This document shows positions 46,906 to 58,457 of a stretch of DNA of 64,000 bases, piece by piece. The notes beneath the pieces were generated by a model, which was not told the DNA's origin, made no database searches, and saw nothing but the letters and a program-made list of their open reading frames with translations. Source of the DNA: Flectonema sp. DT1601 (lineage: Eukaryota); NCBI GenBank assembly GCA_964019425.1, contig OZ025791.1, forward strand, positions 186,001-250,000, read 5' to 3'. Made by a program: the position numbers and the translations under genes. Numbering within the stretch: the first letter of the stretch is position 1; each line of letters opens with the position of its first letter.

Positions 46906-47649
46906 CTATACTAAGATTGGATAATAATTACTCGTCACTACAGTTGGTGCTCTTGGAAACCTGTCTGCGGACAGCGGGAAATCAAAAACTGAGATTTTGA
47001 TCACACGAGGCAGCGAATGTGCTCCCCGGAAGACAGCTGTCTGTGTAACGAGACAGTTAGAAATAATTGAAGTGAAAACAGGAGGGTAGTGAGTTGTAGC
47101 AGAAGGTGACTTACAACTATCACCGTAAATACTCCAATTAGGGATACTCGGTAATGGATCATCATTTAATGAAATTACAACAACAGATGACAATCCGATA
47201 AAAGACGTGATAACAACTTCACCAGTCGAACTAATCTTCACGTCCTTCACAAGCTCAGAATTCCTTCTTCTGTCGCTAACATGACAGTTGCCATAACAAC
47301 CAGATTCTAAGTAACAAATATTATCATTGTTTGATGTAACATCATCCCACAAAGTAATAGCAGTCGAACTCAAACAATAATCGTTCGTTACATTTCCCCA
47401 AGGCGATGCAGTATTCGCTTCAACAACAACTCTTTCAATCACAAATGAATCCGCACCTCCAGAATCAACCAGCGTTGTATAAAATAAATACCAAAAAGTT
47501 ATTATCATGACCGAGCCTTTTAATAATGTGTCACGTGAGCATTCTATTGGTGGGATGTCATCATCGTAATCGTAGTTATCATCGTTGGGGGGTTGGGCTC
47601 TTCTTATTGAACCTCTGTTGTTTAGTATGTCTCTAACTTTCATAGTCAT
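46906..47649 (-). CDS. Hypothetical single-TM (type II) protein with a Cys-containing distal part
   Basis: 247-aa ORF with hydrophobic segment GSVMIITFWYLFYTTLV. Confidence 0.6.
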   Translation of the reverse strand: MTMKVRDILNNRGSIRRAQPPNDDNYDYDDDIPPIECSRDTLLKGSVMIITFWYLFYTTLVDSGGADSFVIERVVVEANTASPWGNVTNDYCLSSTAITLWDDVTSNNDNICYLESGCYGNCHVSDRRRNSELVKDVKISSTGEVVITSFIGLSSVVVISLNDDPLPSIPNWSIYGDSCKSPSATTHYPPVFTSIISNCLVTQTAVFRGAHSLPRVIKISVFDFPLSADRFPRAPTVVTSNYYPILV

Positions 47650-48198
47650 CAGAAATACGATAACTCATTCTCTGTACCTGAAAAAGGAAAATGTTTAACA
47701 CAAATTACTACAAACTGTGAAGACAGAAATCTCAACTAACCTTTTTCTGTGTAATCATTTTTTCACATTTCTGAAAAAGAAGGGAAAAAAAAAAAAAAAT
47801 GTTTAAAACAACTTCTTGATCAACAAAAAAAAAAAAAAAAAAAAAAAATTGAAATTGAAATAATATTATAGCAGCATAAGATTAAACATAATTGTTCGTT
47901 ACCATACTTTTTTTTTTTAACTAAAATAAAAAGTATTGTTTGTTCCCCAGCTAACTAAGAATACCTAAAATATTGTGATAAAAACATACAACCACCATTG
48001 AAGATTGAAATGAAAGAAGAAAAAAAAAAAAAGAAAAAAAAGACAAAAGGAACTAACCAGCATTTGTTGAAGATAAGTTCGACAGATGACCATAAAAACT
48101 GTTCTCGCTGCACAGTCTGAGAGATGCTCAGGTCTTTTTAGTAATCCTGGTCCAACATCTATTCTGAGGTATGTGAACACTGCTATCAGAAATATCAA

Positions 48199-49281
48199 TT
48201 AGTCAATTCCCTCATAACACATCTGTCTTAAGTAGTCCCACGTGAGAAACTGTGCTACAGTGAACGGGCCGATCTTTAGCCAGGTGGCCAGATAGCCTTT
48301 AAATAGTGATCCCTGTTTGTTTTAATTTTTATATAAATTACAATTGACTCAACAGCCATAAAGAAACCATTCATAGACATACTGTGCCTTCTTCTCTTGC
48401 TATGCGTACGAAGCAGTCGACGATACCTTTATAAATACCGCTTCCGTGTAAATTCTGCTGCACCATCAGTCTTGTTTTGATGATGTCGAGTGGTGCTCCA
48501 ACACCAGCACTTGCGAAACCTGTTTGATTATTTCATTGAAAGAGTAAGATGTTATACTGTCTGTTTGGTAGCATCTAAAAGACTCATCATGAGCTCTGGT
48601 ACATCAATAACAAGAATTCATACCTGCCGTTGTCGAGGCGAAAACTATAGAAGCCAGCGGATCTAAAGAGAGTTGTGCCTCGCCATATTCCCGAATCTCG
48701 TCATAAACAGAAAGCTGTACTGCATGGACTAATGCAGAACGCTGTACGCTAGGCCATACACCACCCATTAAACCTTGAGGTGAGGTTCTCTCACCTCCTT
48801 TGTATAAACATTTTAAATTATCGACTGAGTATTTACTGAACCCACGAAGAAGACGACCTAGAGATGGGCACTGCTCACGTGGGACTGCCTGAATCACAAC
48901 TTTGCATCGCTCCAACGGGTTTGAGAGGATAGTCGCCAGGACACCAGAGAGCGCTGCCCAGAGAGTTCGTTCTGAGAAGTTCGGATCAGCACTTCCTAAA
49001 TACTCTTTTAGTACTTCGTACGTTTGTAACCTACAGCTGCTGTATAAGAATTGGTGACAACAAGCTACAGCTCCTCCTCTCCATAATCCTTGTGTTCCAT
49101 TAGATTTAATTATATCTCTCAAAACCATCCATCCACGTGGCCTTGTTCTGGCGTCTTCAAAGAACCCGCCCTTGTGAAGCTGCAGTTGAATTTTCACGAC
49201 GTCTACTGGATTTGTAATGAGCTGACCAACAGCTCCACCCATCCCACCACATGCTGCACCAATTATCCAATCGCTTCCCAT
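48199..49281 (-). CDS. Mitochondrial carrier (SLC25; UCP/dicarboxylate/oxoglutarate-like). Exons 49281-48624, 48519-48383, 48312-48199
   Basis: Three Px[DE]xx[KR] signatures (PVDVVK, PLERCK, PLDIIK), plus YKGIVDCF and LFKGYLATWLKIGP. Introns 48520-48623 and 48313-48382. Confidence 0.9.
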
Positions 49282-49651
49282 CACATTCCGTCGACTGAAT
49301 CTGAAATTATTTCAAATAATAATTAAAATTAAATTATCAAACTAATAATTAACTTGTAGAACTTTACCTGAAAACAACTTCCTCAAAACATTTAATTATC
49401 TGAACAAAAGAGAAGTTACGAAAAATGTGATCCACTCTGCGGGAGATGTATCATCTAGAGTAGAATAAGAAAATAAAAATAAGAAAATCTATTTTCAGGA
49501 CAGCAACTGGGAATGGCAATTAGAATTACTTCTTCAGTTTGGAATCCTTTTATTTATTTAATAGTTTTTTAGAACATGTAAGCTGAGTAATTATAATTAC
49601 CAACAGTTCAATGTTCTGATAGTTCACATTAACAGAGTATGGTGATGATGT

Positions 49652-51241
49652 TTAAATGTTTGGAACTACTAACGTGGGGTGCTTCTTTATGGTGTCAGCA
49701 GTTCCGATATAAATCTCTCGATGAACTCTCGCAAACCTGCTTTCAACAGACTCATCAACATGTTGGAACTTCTGGCGGTGCTGCTGTTGTTGTTCGATTA
49801 TGGAACTGTTTTCACGATTTAATTTCATAAGGTGCGTCATCTTCCTCTTGAGCATCGTCTCATAGGAATGACAGAGAGCCAGGTCTTCCTCTCGTCGTGT
49901 TTCGCAATCAAACATTTTTGCTTCAGTTCGATCGAGTCGTTCTCTAAGACGATCAGCAGTTGCGGCTTTTTCAAGTGCGACTTCAAGTTCTTCTGAAGTT
50001 CTCTTTAAAGCCTCTTGAACATCAAAATAGTCGCTCGTTTTCTCCTCAGCGATTCGTATCTTGTCCGTCAGCTTTGTGATCCGCTCTTCACCTTCCATTA
50101 AAGAACGCTCACTACTGGCAGATACTATTCTTCTCTTTAATTTCTCGTTTCTTGTTGAGATTTTTTTCCTGCACTTCATTTCTGAAGATATTAATTCTTC
50201 CCTCGTCCACATTTCAAAGTTTATTGCCAGCTGTATTTGTAGTCCCTTTCGAAGTGTTTCCTCGGCTCGAAGTTTCACTTCCATAGCAGCGAGGGATTCC
50301 TTTAAACTCCACACCTCCGCGGGTGTAATTAAAGTTGACAAAGGGTTGCCAGCATCTGTTTCTCCAAACTCTTCGTCGTCATTCGAAACCTGAACTTCAA
50401 CAGCAGCTCTGATCGGATTGTCAGTCTGAGAAGCTTCTGCAACAACTGTTTGTGAGACGTCAGTCTGTACAGCGATTGACGTCATGACTGCTGGCTGTGC
50501 TATTGTTTGTTGATTGGAAGAGGGTTTTGGTGAACTTATTATTTCTAATTGTGCTTCTTCATCTGCCGCAGATGCCGCCAAATCACTCGATCTCTGACTG
50601 CTAATTGCAATAGTCTCTTCAGTAGTTCGGGTATAAGATGTTAAACTACCTCGTGGTGCTCTCCATCCACTCGACTGACTACCAGCTGGAGTGCTGTATG
50701 AAGTGACAGTTGGTGTCGATGGCTGAAATGAAGAACTTGAAGAAGGTGATTTCCGCCACCGGGAGCGGAATGCAGGAACTTGGGTTCCATGAGAGGATAT
50801 TGAGGCATTTAATAGAAATGGAAATGCACTGCCATCCACACCTACAGAAGACACTCTAGAGTTTGTGTTTCCAGAAGGAGATGTTCTATCGGAACAGGAG
50901 CAAAGTGATGTTTGGTTTTGACAAACGTTGCAGTCGGGAGAAGAGATAGTCACTGAAGGTGAAGAAGATGTTGTAGGTGATGATGTAGTGACAGAACATT
51001 CACAACAAGAACCACAAGAAGAAGAAACCTGACTACTACTACAATGTGAGCATTCACTAGAGACTGACGGTGTTGATACGCATCCACAACTTCTGTCAGC
51101 TTCCTGTTGACGTCTTTTAAGTTCCCGCTTTTCAATTTCGACTTTCCGCAACTTCTCTGTATCCAACAAAAACGGTTGTCGACCTTCTACACCTTCCAAC
51201 ACTCTCGGATAATTCTGCCTAACCCATTCATCATGATCCAT
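49652..51241 (-). CDS. Hypothetical protein with a Cys/Ser-rich N-region and C-terminal coiled coil
   Basis: 529-aa ORF with a heptad-rich E/K/R/L C-terminal half. The 3' end could be altered by an undetected intron. Confidence 0.7.
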   Translation of the reverse strand: MDHDEWVRQNYPRVLEGVEGRQPFLLDTEKLRKVEIEKRELKRRQQEADRSCGCVSTPSVSSECSHCSSSQVSSSCGSCCECSVTTSSPTTSSSPSVTISSPDCNVCQNQTSLCSCSDRTSPSGNTNSRVSSVGVDGSAFPFLLNASISSHGTQVPAFRSRWRKSPSSSSSFQPSTPTVTSYSTPAGSQSSGWRAPRGSLTSYTRTTEETIAISSQRSSDLAASAADEEAQLEIISSPKPSSNQQTIAQPAVMTSIAVQTDVSQTVVAEASQTDNPIRAAVEVQVSNDDEEFGETDAGNPLSTLITPAEVWSLKESLAAMEVKLRAEETLRKGLQIQLAINFEMWTREELISSEMKCRKKISTRNEKLKRRIVSASSERSLMEGEERITKLTDKIRIAEEKTSDYFDVQEALKRTSEELEVALEKAATADRLRERLDRTEAKMFDCETRREEDLALCHSYETMLKRKMTHLMKLNRENSSIIEQQQQHRQKFQHVDESVESRFARVHREIYIGTADTIKKHPTLVVPNI

Positions 51242-51544
51242 ATCTGTGAGCTGTCAGAACAAGTATTAATACATTCTTCTCAAGGACTTTGGAGTCACGA
51301 AAACCAAACTACGAAACGACGAATAAATGGAAATGAAACTCACGGAGCACACAAACATTTTAAGAACTAACAAAGTAATAACTCAAAGTAACGCGGGGTA
51401 GTCATCACGAATTGACTAAAGTTTCATCATACGAATACTTGACTGCTGTTCTGCAACTGCTGTTCGCGAAAAGCTTGTCGTCGATTCTTTAAGGCACTGT
51501 AGCTAATGGGACTTTAAAAACAACCTCATAAAGTATCGCAGAGG

Positions 51545-52168
51545 TTAGTTGTCATCTGCAGGTTCTTCTTTTTCTGTTGTAGTTGTCTCTTCAGGTTCAG
51601 GTACAGGTGCCTCACCTTCGAGTTCTCCCTCTGCAGCTTCGTCAACGTCGTCTTCTCCTTCAGGGGATTCTTCCCTCACAGGTGCGGATTCGATGAATGC
51701 ATCGATTTTACTCTGATTTGATTATTTAACATAAATCACAAATAATAAATGAAACTGGGTAACAGTAGTGCTAAAGATACAAACCTGTTGTGCGTCATTA
51801 CTCGATTTCAATGGTCCGTATTGTGCTTCAGCATAACGATAAGTCTTAGCTAGTCTGGTATTTGCGTTACCAAGCTTTGATTGAAGTAAACCAACACGTT
51901 TTTTAATGTCTGACAGCTTCTGAAGGTATGTTCCAACCTGAGGCAGTGATGAACATTGCGCAGCGTCTTCGAGCTTTCTACTGAGCTGAGTGACACAGGT
52001 TTCGAGCTCTCTCTGGCTTACCTGAACTTTATGGATAGCATCGGTGTGCTGAACAGCCAACGGTTCTAACATCTGAGACACTCCGGCAGCGAACATCGTC
52101 TCTGTCATCTCTTTCTCTTTGAGGAGTCGCTCAGGTTGCGACTCCGGCTGCGATGGTTCTGAAGCCAT
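51545..52168 (-). CDS. Snapin (BLOC-1 subunit)-like coiled-coil protein. Exons 52168-51785, 51712-51545
   Basis: FAAGVSQMLEP...KVQVSQRELE...YLQKLSDIKKRV...RLAK fits the Snapin pattern. Intron 51713-51784 leads into an acidic tail. Confidence 0.75.
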
Positions 52169-52686
52169 CCTTTCAGTGTTGCTGTTTAATAAAATAAATA
52201 ATTAAATTAATGAAGTGAATCAGTTTTTCAATTACTTTATTGGTCTCAACATGATATGTGTTCTGAGATATGAAATATTCTTCTTAGCGAAAGACAAACA
52301 AAACTCCACATGAAGAACTTGTCAGTTAGTTTTCTGACAGGTGGCAATTTAGTCAAAACTGATATTTATTTGATAAACTTTCCTGAGGGGGTGCGGGATA
52401 GACAGTCGGGGGATTGGTCGTCCCCATCTCATTCTTGAGATTTACCCAACCACAGATCTCCCATCGCAGATTCTCACAAGAAGGGCCTTAAGACACTATG
52501 CGGCCACTTATTTAAGAAAGAGTTCTTATTCTAAAATAGGACAGTTTATGTGTGTGAGTAGCATAAAGAAAACGCCTCAGAAAAAGTATTTCAAATAAAC
52601 TAATGCCCAGCTATACTAGCGTAAAACGATTGGTTTTCAGGATATCAATCTTCTAACCAAAACCATTCCTGTTCTACTACAGGTGG

Positions 52687-53768
52687 TTAGCTTGTTGCTG
52701 GTTGCTGTCTGTACTTATCAACGACTGTAACGAGATACAAAACAAAGCGGAGAAGAGAGCTGTTTTATTATTATTATAATTTGTTTTAAATCATTGAATG
52801 AAATGTGTTTCTTTTATTAAAAATTAAAAAAAAAATAATAATAATAATTCATACATCGCGACAAAACCATATATCAAAGTTACCTGAAGCCATGACGGAA
52901 AGAACCACCCGAGTGGAATGAGTGCCACAGGCCAAAGCAGTTCAATTATCCAGTCCTTTCTCATTGTGTCCACTTCTAAGAAGAAGTTCTTCCAAACACT
53001 TAGTGAGCGTCGTTCCTGTTTTAGTTTGTTATTATTACAGAATCGAATAGTAAAAGATTACTAGAATGTATTTATTCATACCATCATTGCAGGAAGCATC
53101 TCTTTTACAATCATAAAGTCTTTGTATCCGTTGCTGAAACAGGTAATCACAAAACCAATCGCCAGAATAAAATTAGTTGGAAATATCACTACCAAAGTAA
53201 ACAATACCAACCCAACATGTGGTACTAATAACATGATACTGACGGCAGCATAGTAGAATGCTGAGGTTTCAGCATCTCCAAAGTACGACAATGCTTCAGT
53301 AAAGACTGCTGCTTCAACAAGAATGAGGTACAAACTACCAATGCGAGGTGCGTAGAAGAACAGAACCATTAGAACAAGAACTCTAAACTGATTACGCCTC
53401 ATGTACTCCCAATAATCAATTTTATTAGCAGGTGTACAGAGACACTCATCACGCAACACATCAAGATGAGCGAGAAACTTAACTCTATGAACTGGATTCT
53501 CAACACCTAAGAATTCTAAATGAGATTCTTTCATATAAAACAGAGTTGGACCGTCAACAGAGTTTGCTAAGAAAGCATCAGCGTACTCCGGATACCTAAC
53601 AGTTCTCCTAATCCAATTCTTTACATCTTCTTCATTCCACTTCACTGGGTGACCCGGTTGAAGCTTTGCAGTTACTTCCGGAGTACCTGTTCCCATGAAT
53701 ACCCAAACCAGTCCAACAATCACAATCACCACAGCTCCTAGCCCGGCAAACTGAAGACCTCTTCCCAT
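52687..53768 (-). CDS. SAM-domain multi-pass membrane protein (BFAR-like architecture without RING). Exons 53768-53082, 53015-52855, 52759-52687
   Basis: PVKWNEEDVKNWI...YADAFLANSVDGPTL...LGVENPVHRVKFL is a SAM domain, followed by several TM helices. Introns 53016-53081 and 52760-52854 keep the frame. Confidence 0.78.
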
Positions 53769-54112
53769 TGTTATTTATTGCAATTTGCGGCTTCGTTAAG
53801 AGAAATGTTATTCTTTAAATAGCCAGTATTTAAGATGTTTCCCCGACACTAACACCTTACTGATCAAATTAAGCTTTTGTCTGTTTAAAGGAAGTACCGT
53901 AACAATCTGATCCACAAAAAGAATACCCTTCGCACACGAATGAATAATGCGGAAGCATACTCAAAGGTGATAACATAATGGCATTTGGAACACACAGAAG
54001 TGGTTCAAATAAGCAGAAAAAACGCAGAAAGCGAAACAGCGTCGTAAAACCCGAGCGGTGACTGATTGACGACATAAAGAACAGGGAAGCCCGTTCTAAT
54101 ACCTCACAAGAC

Positions 54113-55351
54113 TTAAATCGGAAATGTCTTAATCTGTTCCATAATTCGAGTACTCATGTATAGTAAGACTGTAAACTCATCAAAATTAAGACAATCAGAA
54201 TCTTTAATATCTTGAGATTGTTGAGCAATAAGTGAACTAGTGATTCGCCAAGCCGTAACTAAAGTTCTCTTTTTGAGGTCAGGGTCATCAGATCTGGAGA
54301 TATGATCAAGAACGAGATGTGTGACAGATGACTTTCGGAGGTGCCTTCCAGGAAGGGAACCATCAACTTGAAGGATGTTAAATAAACGAGAGAAAGCTTC
54401 TCGTGTCTTGACGGCGGATGTGATGCCGAAAACGAGCGAAACGAATTCAACAAAATCAACGAGTCCATCGCTGTCCTTATCGATGGCTGCGAATATCCAA
54501 CTGATAGTGGCATCGTCAAGAGGGGGCTCAGGTTTTAATAACAAAAGTAAGAAATTAGAAAATGCCGACACCGTAAGCGGGTCATTCAAACTCCCAACGA
54601 CCGTTGCATACAACTTTTGTAATTTTACCGGAGACATTCCCTGAAATAATAGTGGTAGTGGAGATCTCTTTAAGCTAACCATTTGCTGTACTCTGCCACT
54701 TTTCATAGCAGTTATTACTTTAGCTCCTACTGATGCTTGGTGTTCACTTGTTAGTATTTCGTGATGCTTTTTCTCAAACTCTTCGAGTTGTTGTTTCACA
54801 TCGTCAGCGTGAGTCCTATTTATTCGTTCTGCTCGTCTTCGCATCTCTCTCCCAATTATAAAATCACCTGACCCGGTTGTGGAACTCATTATTGACATTA
54901 CTGCTGTTGGTGAAAGTGGTCTTCCAATTAGCCTCCGCTTTCCTGTTTCACCCAACTGAGGACCAGAATTCTTTTCCAAGAAAACGTCGCGAATATCTCT
55001 TGGTACCGTTTGTGAAAAGCTTAGTAAGTGTAATCTCCTTGGACTTCTCCTCCATTCACCACTTCTTTGGTCGAAAATCACTCGCTTTTTCCCAATCTCA
55101 TCCTGTTGAAGAGTGTCCTTCACGCAGGGCTTTGCGTCACGGGACTCGGTATTTCCCTCGAGTGCTTTCTTTATTTTGCTCTGAAGAGTGTTGTCAACGA
55201 GCATCCTTAAAACCTTATCCGTGGCGAGTGTTTTGCTTTCAGGTTGACGAGAGTTGCTGTGGTCAGAGAGAAAGTCTGCGATTGTTCCTTTCTGACCTGT
55301 TCCATACCCGAGAAAGTTTCCCTCATATGATATGGAAATTCGTCTTCCCAT
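54113..55351 (-). CDS. EF-hand calcium-binding protein
   Basis: IFAAIDKDSDGLVDFVEF is a canonical EF loop. DIKDSDCLNFDEF is a degenerate one. Confidence 0.78.
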   Translation of the reverse strand: MGRRISISYEGNFLGYGTGQKGTIADFLSDHSNSRQPESKTLATDKVLRMLVDNTLQSKIKKALEGNTESRDAKPCVKDTLQQDEIGKKRVIFDQRSGEWRRSPRRLHLLSFSQTVPRDIRDVFLEKNSGPQLGETGKRRLIGRPLSPTAVMSIMSSTTGSGDFIIGREMRRRAERINRTHADDVKQQLEEFEKKHHEILTSEHQASVGAKVITAMKSGRVQQMVSLKRSPLPLLFQGMSPVKLQKLYATVVGSLNDPLTVSAFSNFLLLLLKPEPPLDDATISWIFAAIDKDSDGLVDFVEFVSLVFGITSAVKTREAFSRLFNILQVDGSLPGRHLRKSSVTHLVLDHISRSDDPDLKKRTLVTAWRITSSLIAQQSQDIKDSDCLNFDEFTVLLYMSTRIMEQIKTFPI

Positions 55352-55724
55352 CCTATTGATCTCCCCTACCCTGTTGTGAGTTGATTCTGATGAAGTACCC
55401 TGATAACAGTTTTAATAACAACACAATAATGACATAACAGATATGTCATCATATCAACATCATTATCTCTTTAGAATTAGTTTGTAAAAACAATTTAAGA
55501 GAATGATGAATTCTCGAGAGGTGCAGTGGAGAGCAGAAACTCTCCGAAGCAATAAATTCGTCACCGACTGACATTTGGGAGTCCAATGCTTTGTTCATAC
55601 AATGAATGAAGGTGTTTGAAAATAACCGAAACAGAAAGATGGAATCTATTATCAAGAGAACCAGTCTTCATATATAATACTACTAGACCGCAGTAATCTC
55701 TGTGTGTGTGTGTTATTAATAAGT

Positions 55725-56639
55725 TTAGTGAGCTCGAATAACTGTACCAGTACGAGGATCAAGAAGACTGAGGTCAACAGAAATATGTCCTTTCAGGCCG
55801 AGGGTCTCTTTTTCATCAACCCACTCCTGTCGAAGCTTTGCTGTCGTGCTGAAGGCCGTTTCGACTTCCTTTTCGCGATTTCGGATTTCTTGTTGTTTTC
55901 GAATGAGATTTGCTCGTCGCTCTGCCGCTCGCTTTCGATAATCGGATACCCTGGCAGACTCAACTTCTTCTGCTAGTTTTGCTTTTCGCTCTTCTAACAT
56001 TTCCTGTTTCTTAATTTTCTTATCCAAGTCACTAATTACATATGAGTCTCGCACTTCAGCTAACTTCTCTTCTACTTGTCTGTGATTCCATTCATCAATG
56101 ACCTGCTGATGAGAAGATTTCTTAGGTCTCTGATCTTCTAATAATATCATCTGCTTCTCTCTTCGAGTTTTCATTTCTTCAGTTTCTTGAGCTCTTCTCT
56201 CTTGTTGTCGGATATTCCAATCACCCGTTTGCATTGGAAGTGATAGAAGTAAATGTTTACAACACCTTCTAGAGGATGTGAATAAATGAATCATTCCTCG
56301 CCATTCAGATGCTTCCTGAAGAGCAGTTCGAGGTGGGTTAACCTTGTGTCGATGTGCAGTTGCATCGAAAAGTAGCTGGATACCCCGCATGTCGTTAGCC
56401 CTCCTAACAACCCTCTGCGTAGGTGGATGCGCAGGTGGCTTTGGTGCCATGTCTGGTTCTGACATTTGCAATTGTCTATTTAATTCCTTCCAAGTCTTCT
56501 CAGAAATGACGTAGCGTCCCTCAACCATTTCCAATTGAGGAATACTTGCTGGGAATGATTTCTTTTTCTTTCCCATCCCACTTGCCACATTCGACTCAAC
56601 GGAAGGAGCTGGCTCACTATTTGTCAGACTGGGTAACAT
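55725..56639 (-). CDS. Hypothetical coiled-coil protein
   Basis: 304-aa ORF from ATG 56639, with a charged helical C-half. Confidence 0.65.
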   Translation of the reverse strand: MLPSLTNSEPAPSVESNVASGMGKKKKSFPASIPQLEMVEGRYVISEKTWKELNRQLQMSEPDMAPKPPAHPPTQRVVRRANDMRGIQLLFDATAHRHKVNPPRTALQEASEWRGMIHLFTSSRRCCKHLLLSLPMQTGDWNIRQQERRAQETEEMKTRREKQMILLEDQRPKKSSHQQVIDEWNHRQVEEKLAEVRDSYVISDLDKKIKKQEMLEERKAKLAEEVESARVSDYRKRAAERRANLIRKQQEIRNREKEVETAFSTTAKLRQEWVDEKETLGLKGHISVDLSLLDPRTGTVIRAH

Positions 56640-57185
56640 CAATGTGAGTTACTGAAAGGGAAGTAATAATTGACAGGTATTCCTCACTAACAACACATCA
56701 AACGCAACCAATAAACGGAAGCACGAAAGGGATAGAGGAACAAACTGATGAATGTTTGCGTACACAATATTCTTATTATGAAATTCAAGGACAGGATTGT
56801 TAGTGCAAAGAGAAATGACTTTCAGAGTCTTCACGTGAATAAATAATTTCAAAAAAAAAAAAGAGCGTCGCGGGGAAAGTGTAATTATGAAGTAAGAAAG
56901 AAGCAATATAGCGACACAAGAAAGGGACAAGAGACAAGACAAGAGAAACTAAATGTGCGGCAAGTAGGGGAAGGTAGTTTGGTTGTCGAAGCCAGGGATC
57001 TCAATAACTATTTCTTGATGAGATAGACAATATAATAATCTAATCGATTCAAAGGACTAAATGGGATGAGAGGATCACTTTGTACAGCTGTTTTACGTAC
57101 AGCTCAAAGATGCGTAATCTGATACCTTTACTCAATTGTTCAAAAATGAAAACACGAATTAACTTCATTCGATTCGCTTCGTTAT

Positions 57186-58187
57186 TCAGATGTAGGTGGC
57201 CGCCAATTTCAAATCATCGATGTCGATAACAACAATATCACCCGAAGGAGAAGGTGACTGCAATCGATATTCTGAACAAGAAGAAGAAAGAGATTCACTG
57301 CTTTCAGAGGACTTCCGCTGTTCAACATCAGCGATGGCGGCATCAAAGGCAGCGAGTACTTCACTCGATGAGGGCGTCGTGTCTGTTGATTCTACTAATG
57401 GGAAATCATCACTGACAGGATAATTAAAATCCATTGCGGTTGGTTGATTATAAAATTCCCTCGCTGCCATCTGCTCAATGTCGTGACTCAACAAGTTGTT
57501 GACTTCAGCTGCGTCCGATGGAACGTACCCAACCTGAGTAGACACAGATTCAACTTCCTGCTGCGATAATAACTTCTGAAAGTTCCCTCCGCAGAGCAAC
57601 TTGCACCTGTTTCGATGTGTGCTGGACTGCACTTCGTGATCAGGAAATACTTCTTGATGAGTATCGACAGCAATCATATTATTATTAGAAATGTATTTAT
57701 CATCTGACGTTACTTCAGAAGGATACGAAGTATCGATTGTGAAGTCGTCAGTTTCGCTGATCTGCTGGACGTTAATATCAGAACTCGAAGTTCTGACAAC
57801 GTCTGTTGTGACATCAGAGCAATCAGATGAGTTATGCTCTTCTTCTGAGTAAATGATACTAAAGTGTTGTTTTGGTGTAATAATATCATTCATTGAACAG
57901 TTCTCTTTGGGAATGTGAAGTCGTATTGTGAGTACTTCCATTTCTGAGTGGTTCCATATTTTAAGACATTCTTTCCATTCTATTTCAGAGTTAAATAATA
58001 CAAATTCTCCCTCATCGTCAAGATACTCTGTTTTACTCCAGTTTGAGTCTGACCACTTCTGCATTACTTTCTTCATTAGTTGGTAGTCAGGATGTTCTGG
58101 TAGTCGAATTCGACGTCTTTCAGATACTTTATCTTCTCTTACAATTTCAAACTTTAGAGGAAGTACATTGTCTCTAGTTGATCCCAT
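57186..58187 (-). CDS. PB1-domain protein
   Basis: N-terminal LKFEI..ERRRIRL...EYLDDEGEFVLFNSEIEWKECL shows the PB1 Lys and the OPCA acidic motif. The remainder is acidic and probably disordered. Confidence 0.75.
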   Translation of the reverse strand: MGSTRDNVLPLKFEIVREDKVSERRRIRLPEHPDYQLMKKVMQKWSDSNWSKTEYLDDEGEFVLFNSEIEWKECLKIWNHSEMEVLTIRLHIPKENCSMNDIITPKQHFSIIYSEEEHNSSDCSDVTTDVVRTSSSDINVQQISETDDFTIDTSYPSEVTSDDKYISNNNMIAVDTHQEVFPDHEVQSSTHRNRCKLLCGGNFQKLLSQQEVESVSTQVGYVPSDAAEVNNLLSHDIEQMAAREFYNQPTAMDFNYPVSDDFPLVESTDTTPSSSEVLAAFDAAIADVEQRKSSESSESLSSSCSEYRLQSPSPSGDIVVIDIDDLKLAATYI

Positions 58188-58457
58188 GCTTGCCCTATCT
58201 CTCTTGAGACTGGAAAAGTAAAATAAATTATTAAAAAAAAATGAGAGAGAAGGGAGTCAGCACAGCTACAACAAACACGACAACTGAATTTCATTTTATC
58301 CCTGTTAAGAAAGTAAATATGAAATATAATAAAAATAAAAATAAATGCGACGGGTTTTTTGTTAAAGTCCGAAGAGACTTCAGTTGGGCAGGCAAATGAT
58401 ATTTACCAAAAGGGATGGCATTTAAGTAAATGGAAACAAATAGAAATGAAGAATAGC

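Noticed and set aside
6335..53081. ORF-track C-termini such as VHILF..., [19 protein letters not shown]..., MNSCY and VCIFSTT...
   Set aside because: These are read-through into GT-AG introns. Splicing gives in-frame terminal exons and restores the expected family sequence where it is recognisable.
53869..54075. 68-aa ORF between the SAM-TM and EF-hand genes
   Set aside because: No recognisable motif, and it starts only about 40 nt after the EF-hand stop, so it is probably 3'UTR.
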